Source: a bacterium (GTDB lineage Bacteria; UBA8248). Taken from it: 64,000 nt of DNA. This document shows positions 48,480 through 58,029 of this stretch, piece by piece (the first letter of the stretch is position 1; the number at the start of each line of letters is the position of its first letter). The notes beneath the pieces are model-generated. The model did no database searches, had not been told where the DNA came from, and was given only the letters and a program-made list of their open reading frames with translations. Location of the stretch: positions 3,776,001-3,840,000 of the forward strand of contig OZ242260.1 in NCBI GenBank assembly GCA_965207065.1, given 5' to 3'. The translations under genes were made by a program, and so were the position numbers.

Positions 48480-49651
48480 AAGCCCGTCTTCTCGATTCTA
48501 TCGAGCGCTTCCTTGAGCCTGGCTTCGGGGACCGTCAGGGCGAAACGGATATATCCCTCACCGGAGGGGCCGAAACCGTTCCCCGGCGTGGTGACGACGC
48601 CGCAATTTCTCAAAACATGCGCCGTGAACTCGCTCGACGTGAAGCCATCGGGGCACCTCACCCAGACGTAGAACGTTGCCTTGGGCGTATTGGCTTCGAG
48701 GCCGAGTTTCTTGAGGCCTTCCATTACGACGTCGCGCCTGCCCTGGTACATCTTGCGCATATCGGCCACGCATGTCTGATCCGCGCTCATCGCCTTGATG
48801 CCCGCTTCCTGCACCGCGCCGAACACGCCCGAATCCACGTTCGTCTTGATGGCGCCGAGTCCGGCGAGGACTTCCGCGTTCCCCACGGCGCTGGCGATGC
48901 GCCAGCCCGTCATGTTGTAGGTCTTGGAGCACGAGTGGAACTCGACGCCCACGTCCTTCGCGCCCTCGGCGTTTAAGAAGCTGATGGGCTCGTAGCCGTC
49001 AAAAGCCATTTCGGAGTAGGCGTTGTCGCTGCACACGATGATGTCGTACGTGCGGGCGAACTCGACGAGCTCGTTGTAGAAATCCACTTCCGCGCAGGCG
49101 GCGGTGGGATTGTTCGGGTAGTTGATGAACATGAGTTTCGTGTTTTTCGCCACGTCGGTGGGAATCGCGCCCAGATCCGGCAGAAAATCGTTCTCCGCGG
49201 TCAGGGGCATGAAGTGCACCTTCCCGTCCGCGAAATAGGTCCCTATCTCATAGACGGGATAGGCCGGGTCCGGCACGAGCACGGTGTCGCCGGGGTCCAC
49301 GAACGCGAGCGGGATATGGGCGATGCCCTCTTTCGAGCCGATGAGGGATATCGCCTCAGATGCCGGGTCGAGAGCGACCCCGAAACGCGAGCCGTACCAG
49401 TCCGCCACGGCCTTGCGGTAGGACGGCATGCCCTCGTAGGAGGGATACTGGTGGTTCGTGAGCCTCCGCGAAGCCACGTCGAGTTCTTCGATGATGTGGC
49501 CGGGCGTCGGCAAGTCCGGGTCGCCGATGCCAAGGCTGATGATGTCCATGCCCGAATCGGCGACTTCCGCCTTCATCCGGTCGATTTCCGCGAAGAGATA
49601 GGGAGGCAGGCGCTTGAGCCTGTGCGCGCGTTCGATATTGATTGACGCCAT
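48476..49651 (-). CDS. dapL: LL-diaminopimelate aminotransferase
   Basis: [36 protein letters not shown]; lysine-pathway context. Confidence 0.88.
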   Translation of the reverse strand: MASINIERAHRLKRLPPYLFAEIDRMKAEVADSGMDIISLGIGDPDLPTPGHIIEELDVASRRLTNHQYPSYEGMPSYRKAVADWYGSRFGVALDPASEAISLIGSKEGIAHIPLAFVDPGDTVLVPDPAYPVYEIGTYFADGKVHFMPLTAENDFLPDLGAIPTDVAKNTKLMFINYPNNPTAACAEVDFYNELVEFARTYDIIVCSDNAYSEMAFDGYEPISFLNAEGAKDVGVEFHSCSKTYNMTGWRIASAVGNAEVLAGLGAIKTNVDSGVFGAVQEAGIKAMSADQTCVADMRKMYQGRRDVVMEGLKKLGLEANTPKATFYVWVRCPDGFTSSEFTAHVLRNCGVVTTPGNGFGPSGEGYIRFALTVPEARLKEALDRIEKTGF

Positions 49652-50000
49652 GAAATTCCTCAAAAGTGGTGTTTGATAGAAGTGGTTATTTTCGTTACCT
49701 GCATATTTTCAGGTGGTTACATAGTATTCCTGATGCAATTTCTCGTAAAATGCGCGGTATTCCGCGTTCCATGAGCCGGAAACCTAGCACGGCTTGGATG
49801 GAACGGCAAGGTTTGGGAGTGGATGAAAGATATGCGCTCATCCCTGCCATTTCTCATCCCAAAACCCCAAAACCCTCACCCCATCCCTCCCGCATATTGT
49901 GTTTCTTGGGAAAAAAGTGCTAACATCCCCGCGTCAAAAATCGCGCCCGTGAGGTGCGCGATCCATACGCCCTGAATAACTGCTTGAGGAGCGCATTCCG

Positions 50001-50969
50001 ATGACCCACGTCATCGCGGAACCCTGCATCGACACCAAGGACACCGCATGCGTCGACGTATGCCCGGTCGACTGCATCCATGAGGCGGCGGACGGCTCGA
50101 GCCCGATGCTCTACATCGACCCTGTGGAGTGCATCGACTGCGCGGCCTGCGTGCCGGCGTGTCCTGTGGACGCCATTTTCGAAGAAAGCGACCTGCCCTC
50201 CCAGTGGAACAAATACACGCAGATAAACGCGGATTTCTTCGCGGGCGGCGGCGCGGCGGCCCCGGCGGCAGCGGCCGCAGGAGGTGGCGCGGCGGCGGCA
50301 CCGGCGGCGAAGAAGGCGGCACCCGAACCCGAGCCGATGCCGGAGCCTCTGGAGCTCACGGTCGAGGAGATGTACAAGGAACTCTCCGAGATACGCGAGG
50401 ACGTGGCCACCAACCGGGGCCGGGAAGAAGAAGGAAAACCGGCGAGGAGGTCTCCCAGCCTCGTATTCCTGGCCGCGGCGGTGATACTGCTCGTCGTTTA
50501 CGGCATCTCGAACAACTTCTCGAAATCCGTCAACACCAGTCTCTACGGAAAACTGAGCGCCTTCGCGCTGGGGGACAAGAAACCGACGCTTTCGGGCAGC
50601 GTCTACTCGGTCAACCAGACGATCGGCGGCAAGAAATATACGCTCCTGGTATCCGATTCGATATTCGGGGGACGGACCTTGCAACTCCAGGCGCCGGCCG
50701 GCCCGATTCAGAAGATCTACCACAAGGATGAGAAATTCTTCGACAACGTATCGAACCAGTACAGCCGCTACTACTATACGTTCGTTGACGACAAGAGCGA
50801 CGGAACCGTCGATTCCATCCTCCAGGTCCGGGAAATATGGAGCAAGGAGAACCGTTTCCTGGGCCGCTACCACAACCCGATAGCGCCGAATCCCGAACTC
50901 CAGAAATCCTACCAGGAGGCGGCGAAAACGCTCGCCAAACAATTCGGGATCGCAGGAGCCGGCGCGTAG
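50001..50969 (+). CDS. FdxA-type ferredoxin fused to a linker, a TM helix and an unknown C-terminal domain
   Basis: C..TKDTACVDVCPVDC...CIDCAACVPACP; Ala/Pro linker; LVFLAAAVILLVVYGI; GAGGAG RBS. Confidence 0.85.
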   Translation: MTHVIAEPCIDTKDTACVDVCPVDCIHEAADGSSPMLYIDPVECIDCAACVPACPVDAIFEESDLPSQWNKYTQINADFFAGGGAAAPAAAAAGGGAAAAPAAKKAAPEPEPMPEPLELTVEEMYKELSEIREDVATNRGREEEGKPARRSPSLVFLAAAVILLVVYGISNNFSKSVNTSLYGKLSAFALGDKKPTLSGSVYSVNQTIGGKKYTLLVSDSIFGGRTLQLQAPAGPIQKIYHKDEKFFDNVSNQYSRYYYTFVDDKSDGTVDSILQVREIWSKENRFLGRYHNPIAPNPELQKSYQEAAKTLAKQFGIAGAGA

Positions 50970-50993
50970 GACGTACGTAAGCCTTACGACTTT

Positions 50994-51133
50994 GTAGGGG
51001 TCGCATATATGCGACCCTACTTAATCGCCTTCCAGCCGTGGGCCGCATATATGCGGCCCCTACACATCACCCTCGAATGGCGACCGTAACGGACAGGTCT
51101 CGACCTCGGACAGGCACAGGGGCCTGTCCCTAC
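50994..51133. repeat. Cluster of GTAG-family REP-like palindromes
   Basis: gtaggggtcgcatatatgcgaccctac; ggccgcatatatgcggcc; ggacaggcacaggggcctgtccctac. Confidence 0.82.
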
Positions 51134-51229
51134 GGAACCTTCTCGCATCCCCGCTCCATAAGCTGAATCACGAAATGAAGAGTTTTTTCAACCCCCTAGG
51201 ACGGGGATAGGCTACACAGCAATAATTCC

Positions 51230-51751
51230 TCAAAAATCGACCTTGTCGGCCTCGTCGGTTTCCGGGAAGGGGCCCTCTTTTATCTCGATGGCCTTGGTGC
51301 CCGGCTCCAGAAACTCGATGCGGTGCCCCTCGTACATGAGAATCATGTCGCCGGGCGCCAGGTCCACGTCGCCCGCATGGTCGCCCTCTTTGGCGTAGAC
51401 GCCGATACGCATCCGGCCCGAGCGGCATATCATGATCTGGTGGCGCGTCGTGTTCACGGGGCGATCCGTTACCTCGTGGTAGTGGGGGTTCACCACGGCG
51501 CCGGGGTTTCGGTTCAGCATGACGATTTGAAGCGGATTTTCGTCCGGCGTCATATGGGCCTTCGTTCTCCGCTCGGTTTCGGGGTCGGCGCCCGAGTAGG
51601 CCTCCGCCAGATGGGCGCGCTCTTCTTCTGAATCCAGGTAGGGCGGGAAGGCGGCGTAATCGTCAAAGTTGTGCCTGATGACCTGCGCCAGCGTTCTCCC
51701 GTCAGCGGCCTTCACATATTCAATACCGGCAGCTTCGATTTCCCCTGCCAT
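51230..51751 (-). CDS. Cupin-fold protein
   Basis: PHYH...HQIMICRSG, GDMILMYEGH, EIKEGPF; ATG 51751 after GAGGAGG. Confidence 0.78.
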   Translation of the reverse strand: MAGEIEAAGIEYVKAADGRTLAQVIRHNFDDYAAFPPYLDSEEERAHLAEAYSGADPETERRTKAHMTPDENPLQIVMLNRNPGAVVNPHYHEVTDRPVNTTRHQIMICRSGRMRIGVYAKEGDHAGDVDLAPGDMILMYEGHRIEFLEPGTKAIEIKEGPFPETDEADKVDF

Positions 51752-51794
51752 CCGTAACCTCCTCACAATGTCGTGAACACACAGATTACAAGTA

Positions 51795-52592
51795 TTACAG
51801 CCCCAGCACGTCCGCCATGCCGTAGATGCCGGGGGCCTTGCCGGCCACCCAGCGGACCGCGCGGACGGCGCCCGCCGCGAAATTATCCCGGCTGCCCGCC
51901 CTGTGGGTGATCTCCACCCGCTCGCCCATCCCGAAGAAATAGACGGTGTGCTCGCCCGGAACGTCGCCGCCGCGCAGCGTCTGCATGCCGATGACGCCTT
52001 CGGGGCGGACGCCCGTCTGGCCTTCGCGGTGAAAAACGGCGTCTTCGGGGTATTTTTTACCCGTAACCCGGGCAAGAATCTCGCCCATGCGCACCGCTGT
52101 TCCCGAGGGAGCGTCTATTTTCTGGTTGTGGTGAGTTTCGATTACCTCGATATCGTAAGCATCGCCGAGAAGCCGTGCCGCCTCTTCTATCAGGCGAAAG
52201 GAGACGTTCACCCCCACGCTCATGTTCGGCGCCAGTACGCAGGCGATATTCTCGCCCAGTCCTGCGATTTCCTCGCGCTGGGCATCGCTGAAGCCCGTGG
52301 TGCCGACGACGGCCGCCATCCCCTTCTCGGCCGCGAGGCGCACGTGGGCGACGCTGGCTTCGGGGATCGCGAAGGAGACCAGCACGTCGCCGCTTAATGA
52401 AGATGTATCGGAAGTAAGGCTGACGCCCATATCACCGCAGCCTGCGTGAGCGCCCGCATCCGCTCCCAAAGCGTCAAACTCCTCGCGTTCGAGCGCGCCC
52501 GAGAGAGAGAGATCGCTTGAGGAGACGATCTGGTGGATGATGCGGCCTCCCATCCTGCCGCCGGCTCCGGCCACGACGATTCGTATCGACAC
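51795..52592 (-). CDS. dapB: 4-hydroxy-tetrahydrodipicolinate reductase
   Basis: GAGGRMG, GTTGF, APNMSVG, ETHHNQKIDAPSGTA. Confidence 0.97.
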   Translation of the reverse strand: MSIRIVVAGAGGRMGGRIIHQIVSSSDLSLSGALEREEFDALGADAGAHAGCGDMGVSLTSDTSSLSGDVLVSFAIPEASVAHVRLAAEKGMAAVVGTTGFSDAQREEIAGLGENIACVLAPNMSVGVNVSFRLIEEAARLLGDAYDIEVIETHHNQKIDAPSGTAVRMGEILARVTGKKYPEDAVFHREGQTGVRPEGVIGMQTLRGGDVPGEHTVYFFGMGERVEITHRAGSRDNFAAGAVRAVRWVAGKAPGIYGMADVLGL

Positions 52593-52624
52593 GGGATTCC
52601 CCTTCCCTGATTTAGAAATATCAA

Positions 52625-52637
52625 CAAGTCATTGATT
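52625..52637 (-). promoter_or_regulatory. IHF consensus-like site in the dapB/ECF divergent region
   Basis: Minus strand AATCAA-TGAC-TTG. Confidence 0.45.
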
Positions 52638-52763
52638 GTAAAGCGTATTATATGCGCTTTGCCTCGAAGTGGGAACCTGCCTGCGTCATAATGGGTGTAG
52701 GAAGAGGAAACGTGAAAAACGCCCGCTTTTGGACAGCTTATTTGATACTATAAGGCGACGAGG

Positions 52764-53387
52764 ATGTTCACTCTGGCGATACCGGCTTGGGGGTTGGGAC
52801 TTTTGGAAGCCCCGCACGAAGAGCACGAAGAGTCTGCCTGGATCAAACGCTGCCAGAACGGCGACAAGGACGCCTTCGAACCCCTGGTTCGCCAGAACGC
52901 CGGTAAAATCCAGCGCCTCGTGTGGGGGATGCTCGGGGAACGCAGGGAAGACACCGACGACATCGTTCAGGAGATATTCCTGAAAGCCTACATCTCGCTT
53001 CCGAAATTCCGGGGAGACGCCCGGTTTTCCACCTGGGTCTACCGGATCGCGGTCAATCATTGCCGCGATTACCTCAAGCGCGGCGCGCCGCTGCCGCTGG
53101 AACTCAAAGAAGAGCAAGTCGCCGATGCGCCACCACCCGAAGACAAGGATGAACAGGACGCATTGCGAGAGATGCAGGAGATGCGCGCGAGTGATGAACT
53201 GCAGCGGCTCCTGGCGCAACTGCCGGAGAAACACCGGCGGATTCTGGTGATGCGCGAACTCGAGGGCATGAGTTACGATGAGATAGGCGAAGTGCTCCAG
53301 ATAAGGCCCGGCACGGTGCGCTCGAGACTCAACCGGGCGCGCGCGGGTATTATTCGCGTGGCGGTGAGAGCCCGGGAGGCGAAGTGA
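52764..53387 (+). CDS. ECF (sigma-24) RNA polymerase sigma factor
   Basis: DIVQEIF, FSTWVYRIAVNHC, MSYDEIG...GTVRSRLNRAR. Confidence 0.95.
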   Translation: MFTLAIPAWGLGLLEAPHEEHEESAWIKRCQNGDKDAFEPLVRQNAGKIQRLVWGMLGERREDTDDIVQEIFLKAYISLPKFRGDARFSTWVYRIAVNHCRDYLKRGAPLPLELKEEQVADAPPPEDKDEQDALREMQEMRASDELQRLLAQLPEKHRRILVMRELEGMSYDEIGEVLQIRPGTVRSRLNRARAGIIRVAVRAREAK

Positions 53388-53845
53388 TGCGCTGGTGGGA
53401 CAACATTTTCAACAGAGGTCGAAACGCGCAGGATTGGGACGCTCACAAGCCCGACGATGATACTGTCGCCGAGCTGCAAGCCCTCTTCGAGTCCGCGCGC
53501 GAGGATGCGCCTGAGCCTGACGATAAACTCTGGGAGAAGCTGCGCCCCCAGCTCGCCGCCCATGAGGGGCAACAAGCCCAGGGCGCCCTCTCCTTCATCT
53601 CGGTTGTTGCCGCTACGGGGCCGAGATTCGCCGCCGCGGCCCTGGGAATCCTGCTCCTCGCGGCGGGCCTTCTCTGGAACCAGGGCGTGGAGAGGCAGGC
53701 GCGCATCCTGGAACGCCAGGCGGCAGTAGCACTCTATACAGACAGAAATCCCCTGAACCCGATTGTGATGATCGGTGGCGAACTCGAGGCGCAGAGGGGC
53801 GAAGATCTGCTCCAATTCGTCGCCTACGGCTCGACGGATCGTTAG
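53384..53845 (+). CDS. Probable membrane anti-sigma factor
   Basis: Overlaps the sigma stop codon; single TM helix. Confidence 0.65.
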   Translation: MMRWWDNIFNRGRNAQDWDAHKPDDDTVAELQALFESAREDAPEPDDKLWEKLRPQLAAHEGQQAQGALSFISVVAATGPRFAAAALGILLLAAGLLWNQGVERQARILERQAAVALYTDRNPLNPIVMIGGELEAQRGEDLLQFVAYGSTDR

Positions 53846-53862
53846 CCTGTGAGATTGAGACG

Positions 53863-54408
53863 ATGAAAACCTGGTTCACGAAAGAATTCATGAAGGCGTC
53901 GGCGGTGCTGTTGATCGTGTTCCTGGCGGGCGCGGGCGTCGGCTACGTCGGCGGCCATAAATACGCGGCATACAAGTTCCACAACGATTACATGTCCCGC
54001 GTATTCAAGTCCCGCATCGAAGCCACAACACCCTCGCCTCCCATGATGCGCTCCCGCCGCGCAGAACGCGCCGGAAGCGAAAGAAGCGCCGCAAGACGCC
54101 GCTCCAGAGGCGAAAGACGCTTCATGCGCAGGCTCGAGCGTGACTTGAACCTGAACACCTCGCAGCGCGAAAACGTGGACCGCGCGCTCGAGCGCCATTA
54201 TGCGCGAATCCGCGACATCAGGAGCCAGATGAGGCCGCAGATCAACTCCATCATGCAGGAAATACGCAAGGACGTGCGCTCTTTCCTGGACAATGAGCAA
54301 AAAACATCTTTTGACGAAATGGTCCGGAAATTCGAGGAAAGACGCAAAAGAAGATGGAGGAAGCACAGGAAGCACCACCCAGGCGACCCGGCCGGTCAGT
54401 CGAAGTAG
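53863..54408 (+). CDS. Membrane-anchored Spy/ZraP-like helical periplasmic protein
   Basis: LIVFLAGAGVG anchor; LNLNTSQ and LDNEQ motifs. Confidence 0.7.
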   Translation: MKTWFTKEFMKASAVLLIVFLAGAGVGYVGGHKYAAYKFHNDYMSRVFKSRIEATTPSPPMMRSRRAERAGSERSAARRRSRGERRFMRRLERDLNLNTSQRENVDRALERHYARIRDIRSQMRPQINSIMQEIRKDVRSFLDNEQKTSFDEMVRKFEERRKRRWRKHRKHHPGDPAGQSK

Positions 54409-54479
54409 CAGTGAGTACCTGTAAGCAAATGCAACGCCGCCAGAATGGAACGCAAACGCAACACCGGAGGAAACAATAC

Positions 54480-55100
54480 ATGAAACGTCAAAAACGCCGC
54501 ACCCTTTCGACAGCCGTCATCGCCGCCGTATTGAGCCTCGGTCTCGCAGGCGCGGCGGCCTGGGCCCAATCTCCCACGCCCACCCCTCCGCACCACATGC
54601 AGAATCTTCCGCAATTCATGCAAAACATGATGGAAGACGCGCATTTCGGCCAGCGCGGCCACCGGGGACGCCGCGGAATGCGCGGCCCGAGGCCCTACTC
54701 GGCGCGTCCGCTGGTTTCCATCGCGCTGAGAAACCACGAAGAGCTCAAGCTCACCGACGACCAGATGAAACGCCTCAAGGATATCCGAGACGCGTTCTCC
54801 AAGAAGGCGGTGAAAGAAGGCGCTGAAATGAAGAGCCTCAGAATCGACCTCAGGCGCGCGCTCGACGCCGAAAAGCTCGACCTCGCCGACGTGGAAAAGA
54901 AAATCCGCGAGATCTCGAAGATGCGGGTGGACTTGCGGATCGCGCGCCTCAAGGCGATTCAGGAAGGAAAATCCGTCCTGAACGATGAGCAGCAGAAGCA
55001 GTTGACGAAAATCGCCCGGAAACGCCGCGGCAGGGGTCCCGGAATGCATGAACAGATGTTCAGGGGACCTGGCCGAGGGAACCAGTCCCAGACTTACTAG
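54480..55100 (+). CDS. Spy/CpxP family periplasmic chaperone
   Basis: Signal peptide ending AWA-Q; LKLTDDQ and VLNDEQ (LTxxQ) motifs; GGAGG RBS. Confidence 0.85.
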   Translation: MKRQKRRTLSTAVIAAVLSLGLAGAAAWAQSPTPTPPHHMQNLPQFMQNMMEDAHFGQRGHRGRRGMRGPRPYSARPLVSIALRNHEELKLTDDQMKRLKDIRDAFSKKAVKEGAEMKSLRIDLRRALDAEKLDLADVEKKIREISKMRVDLRIARLKAIQEGKSVLNDEQQKQLTKIARKRRGRGPGMHEQMFRGPGRGNQSQTY

Positions 55101-55174
55101 TAGACATCCCGGCGCCCCGGGGCATGGCGTAAAAACCATGTCCCGGGCTTCCGGGCCTCTCTGTTGGAGCCGCC

Positions 55175-55333
55175 ATGTGGATTCTGATGTATGAGATATA
55201 CGCCGGTTACGATTTGCTCGATTTCACCCTGGCGGGCGCCATCCTCATCGTTTCGGGGATGGTTTGCCTTCTCCTGAGAGAACTCCGGCTGGATGATTTG
55301 CAGAACGCGGTCCCATCCGGGGGAGAAGGATAA
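55175..55333 (+). CDS. Small membrane protein, 52 aa (absent from the ORF track)
   Basis: GGAG RBS; MWILMYEIYAGYDLLDFTLAGAILIVSGMVCLLLRELRLDDLQNAVPSGGEG. Confidence 0.55.
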   Translation: MWILMYEIYAGYDLLDFTLAGAILIVSGMVCLLLRELRLDDLQNAVPSGGEG

Positions 55334-55351
55334 CGCAGCCTCCGATTCAAA

Positions 55352-55416
55352 GGGGCTATTGAAAAAGCCTTTGTCGAGGGAGCAACCCCCCTTATCAGGG
55401 TCTGTTGAAAAAGCCC
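55352..55416. repeat. Two orphan copies of the MITE terminal repeat seen at 3910
   Basis: ggggctattgaaaaag (55352) and gggtctgttgaaaaag (55398). Confidence 0.6.
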
Positions 55417-55438
55417 ACATAAGAAGCGTACCGAATTT

Positions 55439-55623
55439 CACTCCCCCCTTGAGGGTCGGTCTATCCTCCTCGGGTAGACCGACGAAGAGCTGAGGGCGTA
55501 AGCCCGAAAGCGATTCGGTGGGGGGCATAACTCGGAGTGGCAATAAAACGCGATTCACCCCCCACCGCATCAGCCTTCGCAAAAAACGCTCGGCTTCTGC
55601 GACTCCCCCTCAAGGGGGGAGTG
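55439..55623. mobile_element. MITE-like element with 17-bp terminal inverted repeats and nested palindromes
   Basis: cactccccccttgaggg...ccctcaaggggggagtg; inner cggtgggggg/ccccccaccg. Confidence 0.7.
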
Positions 55624-55769
55624 GTGTCTCCATGCTGAATTGGAAAAATCATTAAGAGCCAGCTGAAAAATGGTGATGTCTGAGGTTTTATCGCGACCGA
55701 ATTAGGGAAGGCGTGCTAAATTCATTTTTGCTCGTCATTCCAGCACTACAGGGTATTACTACAGTCCCT

Positions 55770-56594
55770 TCACAGCAGAGCCTCTTCCGTCATCTCGCCT
55801 TTGTAGACGAGCCTGGTCTCGCCTTCCATGTAGACGTCGCGCACATCTGAGCCTGCGCCCTCGAAATAGATCTTGAGAATTTCGCCGCTGCGCACCGTAA
55901 CGTCCACGGGAGCGGTTACGAAGCCGCGCGTAGCGGCGAGTATCGCCGTCGCCACCGCGCCCGTGCCGCAGGCCAGGGTCTCGTTCTCCACCCCTCGCTC
56001 ATAGGTTCTCAGAATCACGGAATTAGCCCCGCTCACCCGGGCGAAATTCGCATTCGCGCCGGCCGGCGCAAAGGCATCGTGCGTGCGGATCGCCCGGCCG
56101 TCGCCCACGACCTCCACGGACTCCACGTCGTCCATGAACTCCACGGCATGGGGGACGCCGGTATTCATGTGATCCACGACCACCCCTCTCCCGTTGATAT
56201 CGAGTTCAACCCCCGCGCGGAAATCAAAGGGCTGGGTCATCCGCAACTTGACACGCGAGCCGTTCATCGTCGCGTCGATGACGCCCGCGATGGTCTCGAA
56301 CGACACCGAGTCCGTAGCCAGACCCAATTCTTTGGCAAAACGCGCGGCGCAGCGCCCGCCGTTGCCGCACATCTCGCCCTCCGAACCGTCGGCGTTGAAG
56401 AAGCGCCACTTGAAATCAGCCCGTTCGCTCGGTTCGATGAACATCAGCCCGTCGGCGCCCACGGACTGGCCCCTGCGACAAACCCGCTGGACGAAATCGA
56501 TCATCTCATCGGCCCGGTGCTCCAGGTTCCTGTTGTCGATGAAGATGAAATCGTTCCCGCTTCCGCTGAACTTGGTAAAAGCGATTTTGCTCAC
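55770..56594 (-). CDS. dapF: Diaminopimelate epimerase
   Basis: GSGNDF, EMCGNGGRC, GVPH, ERGVENETLACGTG. Confidence 0.97.
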   Translation of the reverse strand: MSKIAFTKFSGSGNDFIFIDNRNLEHRADEMIDFVQRVCRRGQSVGADGLMFIEPSERADFKWRFFNADGSEGEMCGNGGRCAARFAKELGLATDSVSFETIAGVIDATMNGSRVKLRMTQPFDFRAGVELDINGRGVVVDHMNTGVPHAVEFMDDVESVEVVGDGRAIRTHDAFAPAGANANFARVSGANSVILRTYERGVENETLACGTGAVATAILAATRGFVTAPVDVTVRSGEILKIYFEGAGSDVRDVYMEGETRLVYKGEMTEEALL

Positions 56595-57868
56595 GGAATC
56601 CGCCTCTCCTCGATGAATGCCGGTATGTGCTCGCCGCGAATGAGGTCGTCATACGACTCGCGCTCCCTGATTATATGATACTCATCCCCGCGCACAAGAA
56701 TCTCGGGCGGACGGGGGCGCGAGTTGTAGTTCGACGCCATGGTGAAGCCGTACGCGCCCGAACTCATGACGGCCACCAGGTCGTCGCGGTACAGTTCGGG
56801 CAAATCCCGGTCTTTCGCCAGGTAGTCCCCGCTCTCGCATACGGGACCCACCAGGTCCGTAACATGTTTCGGCCTCTCCCGCGCCGCCTCCTCCACGGGC
56901 CATACATCCTGGAAGGCCTGATACAGGCTGGGCCTGATGAGGTCATTCATGCCGGCGTCGATGATCACGAAGCGCTTTTCGGGATTTTCCTTCTGATACA
57001 GCACGCGCGTGACGAGCACCCCTGCGTTGCCCGTGATGACGCGGCCCGGCTCGAAAATGAGCGTGCAGCCCAAATCCTTCAGCTTCGGCAATATGGCCGC
57101 CGCATATTCTTTTGGCAGCGGCGGCGCCTCGTCGTGATAAGTGATGCCGAGGCCGCCGCCCAGGTTCAAGTAGCGGATGTCGTGGCCGTCTCCGCGCAAT
57201 TCGCCCACCAGGCGCGCCACGATTTCCACCGAATCGGCGAACGGACTGCTCGACGTGATCTGGCTTCCGATATGGCAGTGCACGCCGGAGGGTTCGATGC
57301 CCTCGAGATTCGCGGCGGTCTGGTACTGCTCCCTCGCCCGATTGATGTCGATGCCGAACTTGCTCTTCTTGAGTCCGGTGGTGATGTAAGGGTGGGTCTG
57401 GGGATCGACGTCGGGGTTCACCCGAATCGCGACTTGCGCTTTTTTGCCGATGCGGCTCGCCACCGCGCCGATGTTCACCAACTCCTCTTCGCTCTCCACG
57501 TTGAACAACAAAACGCCTTTTTCGAGCGCGTAGGCAATCTCCTCATCCGACTTGCCGACACCCGCGAACACGATGCGGTCGGCGGGCATCCCGGCCTTGA
57601 CCGCGCGGAACAGTTCCCCGCCCGATACGATGTCCAGCCCCCCGCCCATCGCGCCGAAGAGCCGGAGTATCGCCAGGTTCGAATTGCTCTTCATGGCGAA
57701 ACAGACAAGGTGCGGAACGGATGCGAACGCCTCGTCGAAGACGCGGAAATGCCTCGTAAGCGTCTCGTGGCTGTAGGCGTAAAAAGGCGTTCCCACCTCC
57801 TCGGCCAGCCGCGTCAAGGATACGTCTTCGGCGCACAACTCGCCGCCTTTGTAGTCAAAATGGTGCAT
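56591..57868 (-). CDS. lysA: Diaminopimelate decarboxylase
   Basis: AMKSNSN, VSGGEL, HIGSQ, EPGR, GPVCESGD, GAYG..MASNYN. Confidence 0.97.
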   Translation of the reverse strand: MHHFDYKGGELCAEDVSLTRLAEEVGTPFYAYSHETLTRHFRVFDEAFASVPHLVCFAMKSNSNLAILRLFGAMGGGLDIVSGGELFRAVKAGMPADRIVFAGVGKSDEEIAYALEKGVLLFNVESEEELVNIGAVASRIGKKAQVAIRVNPDVDPQTHPYITTGLKKSKFGIDINRAREQYQTAANLEGIEPSGVHCHIGSQITSSSPFADSVEIVARLVGELRGDGHDIRYLNLGGGLGITYHDEAPPLPKEYAAAILPKLKDLGCTLIFEPGRVITGNAGVLVTRVLYQKENPEKRFVIIDAGMNDLIRPSLYQAFQDVWPVEEAARERPKHVTDLVGPVCESGDYLAKDRDLPELYRDDLVAVMSSGAYGFTMASNYNSRPRPPEILVRGDEYHIIRERESYDDLIRGEHIPAFIEERRIP

Positions 57869-57908
57869 TCTGAAAGCTCTCCTTCCGGGTCCCTTTGAGC
57901 TTGCGTTC

Positions 57909-58028
57909 TTACAAGCTCTTAGCGACCGGACTCTTCGGTGGTTTCGGCGGTCCCTTGACGCCGCAACCCACGGCCATGCAGGCCATCCCGACAATAAGGA
58001 CGCCCACCAGTAAAATTCTCTTCATCAT
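57909..58028 (-). CDS. Small lipoprotein, LptM/YifL/LppL-like (39 aa, absent from the ORF track)
   Basis: MMKRILLVGVLIVGMACMAVG-CGVKGPPKPPKSPVAKSL; lipobox plus CGxKGP; lies between argH and lysA. Confidence 0.8.
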   Translation of the reverse strand: MMKRILLVGVLIVGMACMAVGCGVKGPPKPPKSPVAKSL

Positions 58029-58029
58029 C

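Noticed and set aside
49652-50000. Lysine riboswitch upstream of dapL
   Set aside because: No recognisable L-box consensus on the minus strand.
50994-51133. Palindromic repeat clusters as a CRISPR array
   Set aside because: No regularly spaced identical repeats with unique spacers and no cas genes; they fit REP elements.
51752-52075. N-terminal extension of track ORF 51230..52075
   Set aside because: Overlaps dapB out of frame; the better start is 51751 with a strong RBS.
52672-52699. ECF autoregulatory promoter (GGAACC)
   Set aside because: The -35 is plausible but the -10 is unconvincing, so it was not called.
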